Positions 11,273-23,668 of a DNA stretch of 64,000 nt are shown piece after piece; the stretch's first letter is position 1, and each line of letters starts with the position of its first letter. A program made the position numbers and the translations under genes. Below the pieces are notes generated by a model that was given only the letters and a program-made list of their open reading frames with translations, was not told where the DNA came from and searched no databases. Source of the DNA: Amoebophrya sp. A120 (Eukaryota; Protista; Dinoflagellata); assembly GCA_905178155.1 (NCBI GenBank), contig CAJINV010000001.1, positions 14,942,142 through 15,006,141 on the forward strand. Direction: 5' to 3'.

Positions 11273-11433
11273 GTTCTTTGGAATGCCTCTGCCGTGGCGA
11301 GCCGGTGTGTCTCACCTATTTGACTCATCCTTTGCTCCTCTGCTACTTATTCCTCGTTGAGCCCCGCGGCCGTGGGGCAGTTGCGGTCGTCTACGTGCCC
11401 AAGTATGAGGCACGTTCCTCCAAGAGCCCTTCG

Positions 11434-12868
11434 TCACGCCTTCGCAACAACTCCTTCCGGCTCTGCGTTCCCATTCCCCGTAGCGTACTTTTTGTCCTGA
11501 AACTTCCCCTGGTCGATCAGAATCTGGGCGGAGATTTTCGACACGATCTCCCCGACTGTCATATTTTTCCCGAAGAAGTCGACAAATTTTCCGTTCCGGT
11601 CCATCAGATACTGGATGATGCTGTGATCGACCAGGTAATCCTCTCCGTCTGCCCTTATCCCCTCGTTGTAGTACACTCTAAAGGCACGCGTGACCTTTTT
11701 AACCTGCTCCGGGGAGCCGGTTAAGCCCTGCAGGCGTTTGTGGAACTCCGAGCAGTAGGTGTCGACCTGGAGTGGAAACGACCTCTGCACATGATCCCCC
11801 ATAAATTAATCGTGCTCAACATCCTTGGCGCATAAGTATCCACTCTGTTTCTTTCTGTTTCGAAAAAGAACTAAAAGACCAGAAAGTTGTGCACACAGCA
11901 ACTATCAAAAAAAACCTGTGCGACAGTGTCCCTTCCGGGGTCCACTGAAATGAAGATCGGTTCCACGAGCTCCGCGCCAAACATTTTATCCAGCTTTTCT
12001 ATCACCATTCCTTGCTTTTCCATTTCCTCTGGGCAGATGTCCGGGCAGAAAGTGAATCCGAAGTATATCAGCTGGTATTTGCCACGAAAATCCGCGTCTG
12101 TCACCTGTTGTGGAGGCGAGGAAAGTAGTGACATAAGAATGATGTCGGTAAGGGTTACACGACTTTTGACACGAAGAGAGCTGTTAGCCCCAGCCCGTGG
12201 TGGTCCTGAAACATCTTACACTCCGCAGTGCGAACGAGTACCAGCTTCCCCTGCCTATTGTACAACGTCCAAGGTCCGCCGAGTTTCGGCGTCCCGATAG
12301 ATTCCTGCTCGACAATGGCCGCCCGCTGCCGCTTGGCCATGTTTTTGCTCAAGTAGTCCAAGAACCACCACATTCCGAACCCGAAAAACAGGGTGAAGGC
12401 AGCACCGTGGTACGTGAAATACGCCGGGCCGACGAGGCGGTTGCGGTTCTCGCGATGCGTGTGCCCCTTTGGCGTAATGGAATCCGCGCCGAGCCCGGGG
12501 GCGACGTTCTCCGTGTTCAGGTAGCGCGGCCTCGTCATCCCAATAGAAAGAAGCCGCTGCCTACTGCTTGCACGATAGGTTTGGATCGCACGGTTCCACG
12601 ACCTGGCGGACAGAAGAATTTCCGGTCGTAGGGACGATACATGGTAGGCGGGATAGCTGCGACAGCGTAGCGCCAGTGATGCCAGTGGGCGTTTTTGGTA
12701 CACTGGCTTTAACGATGTCGAACTGGAACTGGCGCCGCTTCCAATGAGGAGTTTCTGTGCCTGTGCATGCCGCGTCGCAGCATACAAACATGCAGTAGAC
12801 CAGGAAGCATCGGCGCCACAAGAAGAACCACGCGCCGAGCGCAGAGCAGTAGTACAAACGCCCGACAT
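11434..12868 (-). CDS. SCO1: Cytochrome c oxidase copper chaperone SCO1/SenC, 3 exons
   Basis: Long presequence-like N-terminus, TM helix, LGGPWTL, YFGFTFCPDICP (CxxxC), FISVDP and YLVDHS motifs; GT-AG introns 12105-12241 and 11767-11915. Confidence 0.95.
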
Positions 12869-13459
12869 ACTTTGGTTAGACCAAACAAACGACCAGCTGC
12901 GGCTGCTTTACTAGTTGTAGCTCCTCCGTGCGAAAACTCTGTAGTACATCACCTCTCAAAGTAGGACAATCTGAAATAGCTGTCAGTGCGTTTTGTGCCC
13001 TCTCTAAGACTCCGACTCAACAGGCAAAAAAAGTGTCAAACGAGACTAAGACCACAACGATGCTGCAAACTGCTATTTACAATGATGTCGCCGCGTCTAC
13101 AAAGACACAAACGGCCAAGCGTGTGCGCTTCAATACCCGGGGGCGATTTGCTTCCGCCTTCCGTTCGGTTGATTGTGCGCGAGAATGATGAAGCGATAGC
13201 GAATGAGCATATTGACATTAACAAGCAGACATGGTGGACATATACAAGTCTCAAGTGAAGTCCTGAATTCTCGAACTGTACTAAATATGAGGTAACTTCG
13301 CGACATGAAAACAAAAAAAGATGTTGTTGTTTTGTTGCAGCCGAAATCGCAAGAGATCCACCCAAGCGGAAGCACGATACCAATCTTTGTTTGCCTTTAG
13401 CTATTAGAACTAGTGTAGAGGGTGCTAACTACAAACTTGTTGAGTCGCTATTGGCGTTT

Positions 13460-15781
13460 ATTTTATACATCTACCGCGGGGAGATCATCCTATGGGATGA
13501 TCAATGACTCGCATGGAGTCGTCGTCGCCCCGTAGAGCGGGCGCCCACGAGATGAGCACCTGCCCCACCGACGGAGACGCAACGCGACGAAGCAACCCAA
13601 AGAACCCGCAAGTGCACACGCGTAGATGAATTTGGGTAACAACAAGTGCCCCATCGAAGAGGAGGCGGAAGTGACGACAGCACCACGAGAGACCGATACG
13701 CCAGCAGATGCTGATCATATCAAAACGCAGACGGCAAGAAGGGCGTGACCGAGCGCAAACACAGACGGGGTCTGGCACAGACGCAAGAACAGCATGTGCG
13801 GAGTCCCAGCGTGATCTCGTCGACACACATGTCGAAGGAACGAGCAGAAAAAGAAGAAGCAATCGTGTACCGAGCAGGCCTACATCAACATCAAATGTTG
13901 TAAAAGAAGTAATGTGCGCCACAGCGCGAGCCGTGGGAAACCCACCCGAAAAATCTACACAGAACACAGACCCGGAACGGAGAGCGGCGCCCTTACTTCT
14001 TATCGACTCCCGCGCCGGCGCTGCTGCTGCTGCTGCCGGTCTTCCCCTGATGAACATCCCACGCCCGGGCAGGATCGAAACGCCACCCAAAGCGCTGCAC
14101 AACCTCCCGAAGCTGCTCCAAGGACTCCGGGGCGGCATGGGAGTAGGAACACCCACGACGCGAGCAATTTCCATGCTGCAAGAAGATCGCGCAGGGGCCG
14201 GCCGGAGCGGAATCCGCTCCCGCCCGCTGGCGTTTCGAACGGCCGCCGTCCTCTTGTTCGGTGGTTACGGAATCCATGCGGGAAAAGCAAACACCCTGAA
14301 ACCACTCCCAAACCTTTAACGCGTAGGCCTTGGGGCCCTCGCTCGGGTTGCCGCTCCCTTCATAGTCGCCCGCGGCGCTCAAAGTCTTGGCGCCCCGCGC
14401 CCAAACCTTGGCAAAGATCTCGAAGGCCTGCGCGCTCAGTCCAAAACGGAAAACCCAGGACAGGCCGAAGGAATTGACAGCCCGCACGTCGCGCTCCGCA
14501 ACAAAAAGGACAACGGTGAGCATCTGGAAAACACAGCGAACGGTCTTCAGCGGCAAGCCCGCAAGGTCCATGTCGAGAACGGCCTTGTGCAGCTTGGAGA
14601 ACAAAGAAGCGGAGCAGATGATGTCAGGAGACACCCCCATCTGTGCCGCCAGGGCACTAACTTTCTTCTCTTCCTTCGCCATCGTTTCGAAGCCCTTCGC
14701 GAAAAGCTTCCCCATCATCTCTAACTGCTCCGCATTCTGCAGCTGCTGCTGGGGCTGCTGCTGCTGGCCCCCATGGTTTTGCCCTTCAATATCAGACATT
14801 TTAGCGAAAAGGATGGCACCCAAAGAAGATGCGCTTTGCTCGAAGTACACGAAAATACTCACCCAAAGGTGTCAAGGTCCCTGTGACGGATGGATGGGAG
14901 GAGGAAACAGTGAGGACAAGGGCAAGAGCCGCTCCTCAACTCCCCAGGCGAAACTACTAACAGATCTGGAAGACACGCCAGGACATTTCTTCCCGTGGGA
15001 GTGTCGATTTAAGAGCGAGCAACATATGATCAGAACCACAGAAGACCCAGAGCACCCATTTTCGATTTCGACCACGGAGAAATAGAGAGGAACCCGCCCA
15101 GATGGCGCCACATTTGCAGAACATGAGTGCGGTCATATTTCGACCCAGAGATGAACGGGACACACATACACCACCGCGCTGACCCTAGTCCGCGACTCGC
15201 GTGACACAGCTCCACAGCGTAGACATATACCAACCACAAACCCCGGGGCCTACCGCCTCACGTTTCTCCTCTCTTAGGTTTAACGGATTCAAACCGCCAG
15301 TGCCACAGAGCCGAAGTCACGCCAGTCAGTCGGACCAGGATCAGCGCCAGATGGACAGACGCGCATCAAAGCGCCGTCATCACGACAGCAGACCAAACAA
15401 CTCGCAGTGCGGGCAAAAGGCCTCACACACCGCGCCAGGACGTAAAGTAGACGCAGAAGGCAGCCTACTTCACAGAGAGAGAAACAACTGTAGATCGAGG
15501 GCGGAAAGGCTCCTCTCCCTACCCAAACGGCCGTCAACATCGGCCAGAAAACAACTGACTACCATCGGCAGGGGCGTTACTCCCTGGATCCCAGAATGAC
15601 AAAAACGAGGGGAAAAACTTCAAGCCCGGAGGCCTGGCCCCTGTCACTGTCATATCTAGGATCTGGCTACCGAGTAAGATATCGGGTCGAGGCTGGGGCC
15701 GTATAAAATATCGACCGACCAACCTCAGCCCCGACTCACAGGCTCGCGCGACTGCTGTTGCCCGGTCATAAATTTTATACA
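13460..15781. mobile_element. Candidate 2.3-kb mobile element bounded by 10-bp direct repeats
   Basis: ATTTTATACA at 13460-13469 and 15772-15781; hairpin at 13483-13502; inverted repeats at 15686-15780; contains one intronless CCCH ORF. No transposase, RT or recombinase seen. Confidence 0.3.
13993..14799 (-). CDS. Intronless protein with a single CCCH zinc finger (gag-like?)
   Basis: ORF from MSDIEGQ; motif CAIFLQHGNCSRRGCSYSH (C-x8-C-x4-C-x3-H) near the C-terminus. Confidence 0.6.
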   Translation of the reverse strand: MSDIEGQNHGGQQQQPQQQLQNAEQLEMMGKLFAKGFETMAKEEKKVSALAAQMGVSPDIICSASLFSKLHKAVLDMDLAGLPLKTVRCVFQMLTVVLFVAERDVRAVNSFGLSWVFRFGLSAQAFEIFAKVWARGAKTLSAAGDYEGSGNPSEGPKAYALKVWEWFQGVCFSRMDSVTTEQEDGGRSKRQRAGADSAPAGPCAIFLQHGNCSRRGCSYSHAAPESLEQLREVVQRFGWRFDPARAWDVHQGKTGSSSSSAGAGVDKK

Positions 15782-16360
15782 AGGCTCCATAGGTTGTAAA
15801 AAAAGCGGCACACCCACTAAAATCAGTTTGGTTTTGTTCTGGTACGCAGATGCTGCATACAAGCCTCTAGGAGCTTTAGCAAAATCATGCGCCGAAGCAC
15901 TTGCAGCTGCTAGTGTATTTCAAGAGATGTGCAAACAACTAGTGGCGGCAACGCCGCGTGATACTAGCTTTATTGTAATTTTCAGAAAGGATAACCATAA
16001 AAAGCGCCGCCTCTGCTCGCGACATTATGATCAGGCCTCTCTTAGTTGTGCAAGCTGCAACTCGTGTAAAACTGCGCACTAGCTCATTTACATGAATCTA
16101 AGCCACAAATGAAAGCACATACTGTAGTTCGAATTGAATCTCAAGTCAGGTAGCATTCAATTATTTGCATTTCTAAGCGTACTCTTGTACGTAGTTGTGC
16201 TAGTGTAGCAATGTTTGATGCTGACCGCACTATATTAGGATGCACGCCTTTAGTTTCTCGTCCGGTCTTTTTCAGATCATTTTCGATATGAATTTATGGT
16301 TCGTGGCACCGCCAGCTGCTCGCTCAGGTTCGCAAATCGATGCGTGCGGAAATCGCCTCA

Positions 16361-18322
16361 TTACCACAAACCTAACGGATTGCTTATCCAGGCAGAAATT
16401 CCCCACGGCGCAGATTCACTTTCGTTTCGGTGGTAGGGCGCGATGTCATCTTCACGCAGCGTTACTTGCGCTGGCAGGGCGATTCGCTTTTCAGCGGCAA
16501 AATCAGCCTCTTCTTCCGCAGTCGGGTCGGTGCGATCCACCATGGTGGTTGCCGCCTCTTCTGTAACCCGACCCCCGGGATTGTGCATCTCAAGCATCTT
16601 CACGGCTTCCCGCAAGAGCTTGAGGGACGTTTCGGGCGAAACCACTGCCCATGGCAAGTTTCCGACGACTGGACGCAAATCCAACTTGATATCCTTTTTT
16701 AAGCCGATGAACATGCGGAAATCCATTTTCACCGCGTTTAGCGACTTCTTCGTACTCACCAGACCGAAAAGGTCTTCGCAGAACCGTGTCCAAGGCCCGG
16801 TTTTTTTTGTCGTCACGTTCTTGTATATCCCACTGTCAGCGGGAATCCGGAACGATTTCTTCTCCTCCCGCACCATCAAGCTTCCACGACTCGCCACCGC
16901 GGAGTTCATCCTATTAACCGACGGTGGTTCATCCTTGTTGCTCCCGTCTGGGTCGACGAGCAACCCCATGCGCCACGCCATGCCGGCCAATTCCGCCATG
17001 TACAGGTACGCCACCAAGTGGTTGATCTCTTCCCGTTGCGCCGGATGATTCTGCTTGTACTGAAACCACTCGTTTCTCAGCGCGAGTTCTCTCGCTTTAC
17101 GCTGCTGAACCTTTTCTTTCACCTGCCACCAAGCCTTTCTCTCTTCTTCCTCCCCCGCACGACTTCCAGCACCGTCGTGAAGGACGCGTGGTTTCACGTC
17201 TTCTTCCGTCAGCCCCAGCGTCTCCTTCAGGCCAAGGAGACCGGCGAGCCGGAGTTTCAGCTCCAACTCCATTGTCCGCCACTGGTGGCGCGCGCAAGAC
17301 ATGCTGCCCTTGCGTCCGTAGTTGTGGCACGTCAGCGCCCAGTACCAGACAGACTGCTTCTGCAGCTCTGCAAAGGAACGCGGCCCGTTCTGCGTCAAGT
17401 ACTGGTGCAGCGGCTCGCACGTGGTCCAAAACTCTGGCGTAGAGCGCGTGTAATGCATGGCATGGAAGTCGACCACGTCCTCGGCCTCTGGTGCCCTTCC
17501 GGGTTCTTGATACTTCGCAGCCATGAACTTGTCCAAGAGGCCCTTCACATTACTGTTCGCCCATGACCGCACGTCGCTGCCGAATCCTTTTGTCTGCGTG
17601 TTCATCGACATCAGTTGCCGCAGCAGCCACCTCGTCGTGTGGTGTTCTGGAACCGGCACGCTGGTGCTGGCGGCGAAATCGCGGGACACGGGCTGCGAAT
17701 AGCCTGGGCGCTTGAATATTTTCTCAGGAGATTTGTCCACTAGCTGCTGCTCGAGCTTCGGTTTCGGGCTCAAAAAACTGTTGACGTGCGTCCAAACGGT
17801 GCGAGTGTTGTCAAGATTTGCGTCGCTTAGCCGTTTGTCTGCGCTGGAACCTTCCGGAGGTAACACGGTCTCGAAGACTTCCTTACGAGAAGTGGAAATT
17901 CTACTGCTCGCGTCTGCTCTGTTGATCGCCTCCAACTCGTCGACAGGACCTACGCGGTTTTGCTCCACTTGTTCCTCCAGAAGTGCCGCTCCCGTAAAAC
18001 TTCTGCCTCGGAAGGAGGCGTCTAGGTCCCAATCAGAAAGCTCATCTGAGCCGCCCGTATACTGCCTGTACGGATGGACGGGCGAGCACACTACACTGGA
18101 ACTGCTGGGACACCTTGTAGACGACATGGACCACTTTCGTGTGATACGAGGGCCTCCCCCCGTGTGCGGGAGTTCGTCGTCCGATAGGGAGCGTCCCCAG
18201 CACGACGTCGACCCATGATCACCATCGTCATTGTCAGTCCCTTCTCGCAAACTTTTCGCACCGGCCTTCACAATTCCCGCTGCCAGGAGCGCCAAGCAGG
18301 CTGCTACATTGGTCAGGAGCAT
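16361..18322 (-). CDS. Putative secreted protein of unknown function (653 aa, intronless)
   Basis: Long ORF with a hydrophobic signal-peptide-like N-terminus MLLTNVAACLALLAAGIVKAGA; no domain recognised. Confidence 0.75.
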   Translation of the reverse strand: MLLTNVAACLALLAAGIVKAGAKSLREGTDNDDGDHGSTSCWGRSLSDDELPHTGGGPRITRKWSMSSTRCPSSSSVVCSPVHPYRQYTGGSDELSDWDLDASFRGRSFTGAALLEEQVEQNRVGPVDELEAINRADASSRISTSRKEVFETVLPPEGSSADKRLSDANLDNTRTVWTHVNSFLSPKPKLEQQLVDKSPEKIFKRPGYSQPVSRDFAASTSVPVPEHHTTRWLLRQLMSMNTQTKGFGSDVRSWANSNVKGLLDKFMAAKYQEPGRAPEAEDVVDFHAMHYTRSTPEFWTTCEPLHQYLTQNGPRSFAELQKQSVWYWALTCHNYGRKGSMSCARHQWRTMELELKLRLAGLLGLKETLGLTEEDVKPRVLHDGAGSRAGEEEERKAWWQVKEKVQQRKARELALRNEWFQYKQNHPAQREEINHLVAYLYMAELAGMAWRMGLLVDPDGSNKDEPPSVNRMNSAVASRGSLMVREEKKSFRIPADSGIYKNVTTKKTGPWTRFCEDLFGLVSTKKSLNAVKMDFRMFIGLKKDIKLDLRPVVGNLPWAVVSPETSLKLLREAVKMLEMHNPGGRVTEEAATTMVDRTDPTAEEEADFAAEKRIALPAQVTLREDDIAPYHRNESESAPWGISAWISNPLGLW

Positions 18323-20201
18323 GGTTTTAGTTAATTCGTAAATTCTTTGTTGTCTGATTTTAGAAGTGTGATTCTAATTTATGATTTTACCTTTTGAGTG
18401 AACTTCTATGTATATCTTTCACTTGCAAGAGCCTGCGTTTTTTATTCGAGCTTCTAGGTGCTCGTCTTGCTTGCGTTTTTTATTCGAGCTTCTTAGGTCT
18501 TGCTGTAGGAACTGTAGCCTGCGTTACAGCTTCAATTGAAATTTGCGAAATCAATGTAGCAGGTGCTGATGCAGATTTCGACTTTAGAACATTAAATTAT
18601 ACAACGTCCTTGCTTCGATACACTGACTAAAGTTTTCTTACCGCGAAAAGCCATGCGTTCCTGGCTAGCTAAATCTGTAAAATTCTGAATGGTGAATATG
18701 ATGCAAAACGATGTAAAAAAATGAACAAAACATTTAACAAATGTAAACTTCAAAGAATACAAGTGAGAGTGAGACTGTAGTAGCCGGAGCGGGCTAAAAA
18801 AATAGAAACGATGAAGTTGGAAACAAAGTTCAAGGAATGAGTCGGTGGATCAGGATGATTCGTGCGCATGCAACTGACCACAATAGTAAATCAGATTCTA
18901 CATGCAGGCTCAAGGGCTTATTTTTCATTCGTGCTTGTGCTTGCATTCTCCTTGCACGTTGAGAAGTTTTGAAAAAGAACAGGCGTTTTCAGAAGCTCTT
19001 GGCTGCTGTCATGGTGAATAGAGTCCGCGGTAGGACGAGCCGCGCCACCTTGTCCACTAAAGAAATTCAAATTTCGGAACTCTCTTAGAAGGTGTGACTA
19101 TTTCTTTTTGGTAGAGCTTGTTGAAGCGCAGTGGGAAAATTTTTCTTATTTTACGTTTTTGTTACACAACAAGGAGGACAAAGATCAGACTGCGTTTCCT
19201 CTGTGAAACTTCCCCGTCTTCCGCTTGTCCAAAGTAGGTTTGGTTGCGGGATGCGAGAGTTCACCTCTTGCCCTTTCTTATCGTCCGACACCGTTCTTTC
19301 CCGATACGTCCTCGCTTCACTTCCCGTCCGTCTCGGGCATATTCGTACGGCGCGTCGGCAGCCGCCACATCGATTTCGCGGCGTCCAAACGCTCCGATAT
19401 TTTCTTCACGAACGACGGCGTTGCGCCGCGACCCGCCACGTGATCGAGTGGCAAGGCGGTCTTGCTGTTCTTCTGGGGCGCAGTGCGGAACGTCCGCGTG
19501 ATAAACGCGGAAATCCCGCTGGGGACACCGGTGTGCGGCATCTTATGAAGATTGGCAGTTTACTTGGTTTCAAGGAAAATCGGACGCAAGCGTGCTACTG
19601 TCACTCGGAGTCGGAACGGACGAAATCAAAAAATTAGTTTGGTGGGACAAACCTAGACGTGGTAGAAATTGCAGAAGCCGCAGTGAAGATCTAGCACAGT
19701 TCACGGAACAAACTGCGACCCCAAGAACACCACGTCTACTTCCACGTGTTTACCTGGGACACCACCGTAACCGTATGCGATTGGTCATCTCGCATAACGA
19801 AAGCGAAACCCCGAATGAGGTCAAGTGAGCTCGAAGTAAAATCTCTTTTGCGCGCAGCTGCCGTATCTATCAACTATTTTTCTTGTATTATCAATCCCAG
19901 TTTTTCCTTTTTCCGTGATCCAAGACCAAGGTCTTTCAAACAATATCGAGCCATAACATCAAATTCAAATTCGTTGTCCATGAAGAAAATTTGGTTGCGT
20001 CGAAAAAGAACTATGTAGTGATGCGTTTGCGTTTGGAAGAGTCCGCGCTCCTCTACTATGTCAAAATAGGCCTTCCATCTTTCCAGATCGAATGCGCTCC
20101 GTGTCCGTACTCAACTTCTTTTGCGCAGAATTGTTTCTGCAGAGAAAGATGGTTGCAACTACACCCAGCACTCGGCAGGCGTCCTCCTCCGGTCTGCAGA
20201 C

Positions 20202-23200
20202 TCAGTCGGCCGCTGGGAAATCCGCCACACCGGCGTCTTCCTCCTCGACACTGCGACTGGGTTGCCGCGCCGCGATCTTTGGTTTGGCCGCGCCGGCCAT
20301 GTTGCGGGGCGCCGAGGTTTTTCTCTTTCGTGCCTCCCGGTTCGCGTGGTACTTTGGCAGGTGGTAGTCCGCGTCCCCAGGCTGCGGCTCCGTGATCTCT
20401 CCAGTCGTGCGATCGACCCACACCTTCGCGGACTTAGCCGGCTCGTCCCGATCGAGCGTGTTGCGGTGCACCAAAACACGGTTCTCTTCGCGGGGCAGTT
20501 CTTTCGCCACGAGGGCGAACATTTCCACCTCGGAGTCCTTCGGCGCACGTCGGTGCAATTCCTTGTAGGACGCGTTTTTCCTTCCGAGAAACTTCTCCAA
20601 ATACCGGGCCTCCACGATGCGAAACCTGTGTTCATCCGTCGTTATTTTCATCGATCTTCAAAACATCAGTCATCAAATTCCGCAACTCAAACACGAAGAG
20701 CATGCGAATATTGGAGTACAAAATTGGATACTAAGTTCGAGAGAATGAAAAACAAAAATCTTCGTACAAACCACAAAAAGATGAAGAAAATCATACTGTC
20801 GGCTGACGCGGCCGACCACGTAGGGAAGGACACCGTCGGTGCAGTGAACTTGCACTTCCTCGTTGCTCTCCATCACGACAATTTGGTTCAATCTTCCCAA
20901 CCCTGTCTCTTCGCATTCCGCGCGGATTTCCTGTTGTTACAGAAGAAGTACAAAATGCAACTTCCATTTCATTTTACAACAATGAGAAGTAAGCCATTCA
21001 CGACATGCTGACTCTGGGTGGTGTTGTGCGAAAAAAAATATTTGGATGTGTGTGGCTCACAGAATGACACGCATCAAAACGAAATTCTGAAGTAGAATAC
21101 CCGGACGAGCCACCCGTCCTTGCCCAGGATGTCCTGTTTCGTGATGCCCTTGGGCAGCGCCAGCTGGAACGCGCGTTGCCGCTGTCGCTCCACTGGGATG
21201 TCGGGACACGTGGACCACATCTTGTCCAGTCCCGGCTCGCTGGGCCAGCTTCGCGGCTTCCGGGTCTCGTCGTTCCCGGGGTCCGCGATGCGCTTCGACG
21301 CGATTCTCTTCGTGCTTTTGCGCTGCGACACCTCCGCGTCATCGTCGCGGAACGGATTGTTCTCGTGATGCACAGGCGCTACATCCGACTCCTCGTCGTG
21401 GGCACTACTCTTCTCGCTCTTGCTGTCCTCCCGATCGTCCCCGAAGTCCTCCTCCTCGACGACCTCCTTGCTACCCCGCTGCGACGCTTTGTCCGCATCT
21501 ACTCCTGCTTCGTCCCCCTCCTTCTCGCGGTCGCCGCCCTGGCTCTGCTCCTGGCTGCTCTCCAAATCCGCGTCACCCGCAGCCTTGCTGGTTCTTTTTG
21601 ACACGGGCGCAGCGGACACCTTGGACTGCTCCTCTTTCTCTTCCAACTCGTAAGTTTTCGCGCCCGGGATCAGGTCGCCGCCTGTAGTCAGTGAGGAAAG
21701 TGATTTTTTCGAAAATTATTCATCTTCGCACGGTCCGCCTCTTTTCGTGCAGATGAAATTCAATGGCTCTGTGTATTCCAAGCTGATGATTTCGATAGAC
21801 TCACCAGGACAATATCAAAAGTGAAGATGAAGTACAGGTACACCCAAAAGAAAACATACCTTTCGCGTTTTCCTTGATGAGCTTGTTAGCCTGCAGCACT
21901 TGCGAGGCTCGCTGGTCCTCGCGGTCGATGTTGGCCCAGTACACTTTCAGCACGTCGTTCAGCTGGTTCAGCACCGCCTCGATGTTCTTCAGACTTCCCT
22001 TGAACAGCACCTCCTCGTCGTACTGGCCGTGCGGCGGCTTGGTCAGCTGGATGTCCACGTCGTGGTTGTTCTTCACCTGCGCCACGCGGCTGCCTTTGGG
22101 CCCGATGATCAGCCCGGCGCAGTTGGCCGGCGCTAGCACCACACACTTGTGCACCCCGTCCTTCTCCTTTTCGACGTGCGGAAATGCCTCCTGCATCACC
22201 CGGCACAGCGCCCGGGTGCACTGCTCGATGGCGTTCTTCCACTTGCTGTCGCCTTTCTTGCCGTCTGCGTCCATGGGGCAGATCGACACCACGCGGTCGG
22301 TGCAGTGGTCATTCGTCTTGAAGGGCTGCGAGGAGATTTTGATGAACACGTGGCACTCCTGCCCGATTCTCCGCACCACGTCGCCGCGCTCACCTGTGGA
22401 TGGGAATAGAAAAAAATTTCCAGCGAAGATATAAATGTGCTACAAGAGGGCGAGAAAAAGTAGCCGCTGCAAGAACGCAACTCAGCATGTCGCTTCTAAG
22501 ACGAGTTGTAAGTACTTACCAATGACTCTCTGCACATACTGGTCCGGGATCAGAAGACGCAAACTATTCACAAGCCCCTGCGGATATCTCGGATCAAAAT
22601 TTTCGCCGTGCGTGTTTCTGCTGCCCGCCGGCGGATCGTAAGCACTGCGACCGCCCTTCCCTTCACGGTAACTGCTGTAAGCGCGCGGACGGTCTCTGTC
22701 GCCCTTATCTCGCCTTTTTGTTATTTTGGTTTTATTTGGGGACTCTTTTCATTTGAATGGATGAAGTAGCTGCTGGCTGCTGTGCTACTTTTTTTCTCGC
22801 GGATGACGTACAACTAGCGGCGCAGGGCGGTTTCTGTCGCTTCTAGCGACGCCGCATGGGAGGGACTTATTCAGTGAAGTTGTGGATCTGATTTTCCGGC
22901 GACAAGGGTTTTAATCTTTGCCCTGATCGACTCACGTCACCCACTCCAGCGTCCTCGTCTAGGCGACAAGTGTCGTTGTTTACGTTCCTGTGCACTGCCA
23001 CTGCACGGCGGTTCTTATTTTTTGCATGAAACCAGAACGAGGAAGCGTGTACAACGCAAGAGAAAGGCTAATGCCCCAATTTTCATCTCTTACCGTCGAG
23101 AATATCAAAGAGGATGAAAACGCTCTTATGTCAAATTTCGGATCCATATCTGAGTGGACCACGGGATTTTATCTACTTCGGCCTCTTCAGGAGCGATTGT

Positions 23201-23668
23201 TCTCAGTTGCTCATCAAGACTACTTCTACTGCTCGTTATTATTCACCGCCTTGAGGGAGTCATTGTCAACATGCCTGTTCTTTTCATTCCTGATCTTCCT
23301 CTGCACTAGTGGATTTTTGGTTCTTTGTTTTACCAACCCTACTGCCGGAATATCATCAGCCAGGTTGTACTTGTAGTAGTGGCCAGACTGTTCTTTGTGA
23401 TATGTCACGACCTTCGCAGCGAGCTATTCGTATGCGGAGAAAGAGCAGGAAAACTGTTATTATACCCGCCACGCCCATAATCGTCGCCTCGCGCATCGTA
23501 GTAACCGCCTTTGGATCCGCGCGACCGCGGGTAGTCACGGTCGTCCCGGTAGTTGCTGCCGTACCCGTCTTTGCCCCGCGGAGGTTCAGGGCCACGGGAC
23601 CGGCGCTTGTACTCCGGTCCGTAATAGTCGTCGTCGCGGTAGTCGCGCCCGCGCCGATAACTGCTCAT
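20202..23668 (-). CDS. KH-domain RNA-binding protein with R/G/D/Y-rich N-terminus, 6 exons
   Basis: KH motifs RLLIPDQYVQRVIGERGDVVRRI and CAGLIIGPKGSRVAQV, plus a third KH-like ILGKDGWLVREI. GT-AG introns 22714-23465, 22394-22519, 21682-21859, 20931-21099 and 20626-20796 keep the frame. Confidence 0.88.

Noticed and set aside
19260-19541. GC-rich segment with two open minus-strand frames; possible extra 3' exon of the KH gene or a small gene
   Set aside because: The KH gene already has a stop at 20202 and I cannot choose a frame or donor without transcripts.
22714-23465. Long 752-nt KH intron as another introner or snoRNA host
   Set aside because: It starts GTAT but has no matching TIR or ATA end; scattered TGATGA/CTGA motifs do not form a convincing unit.
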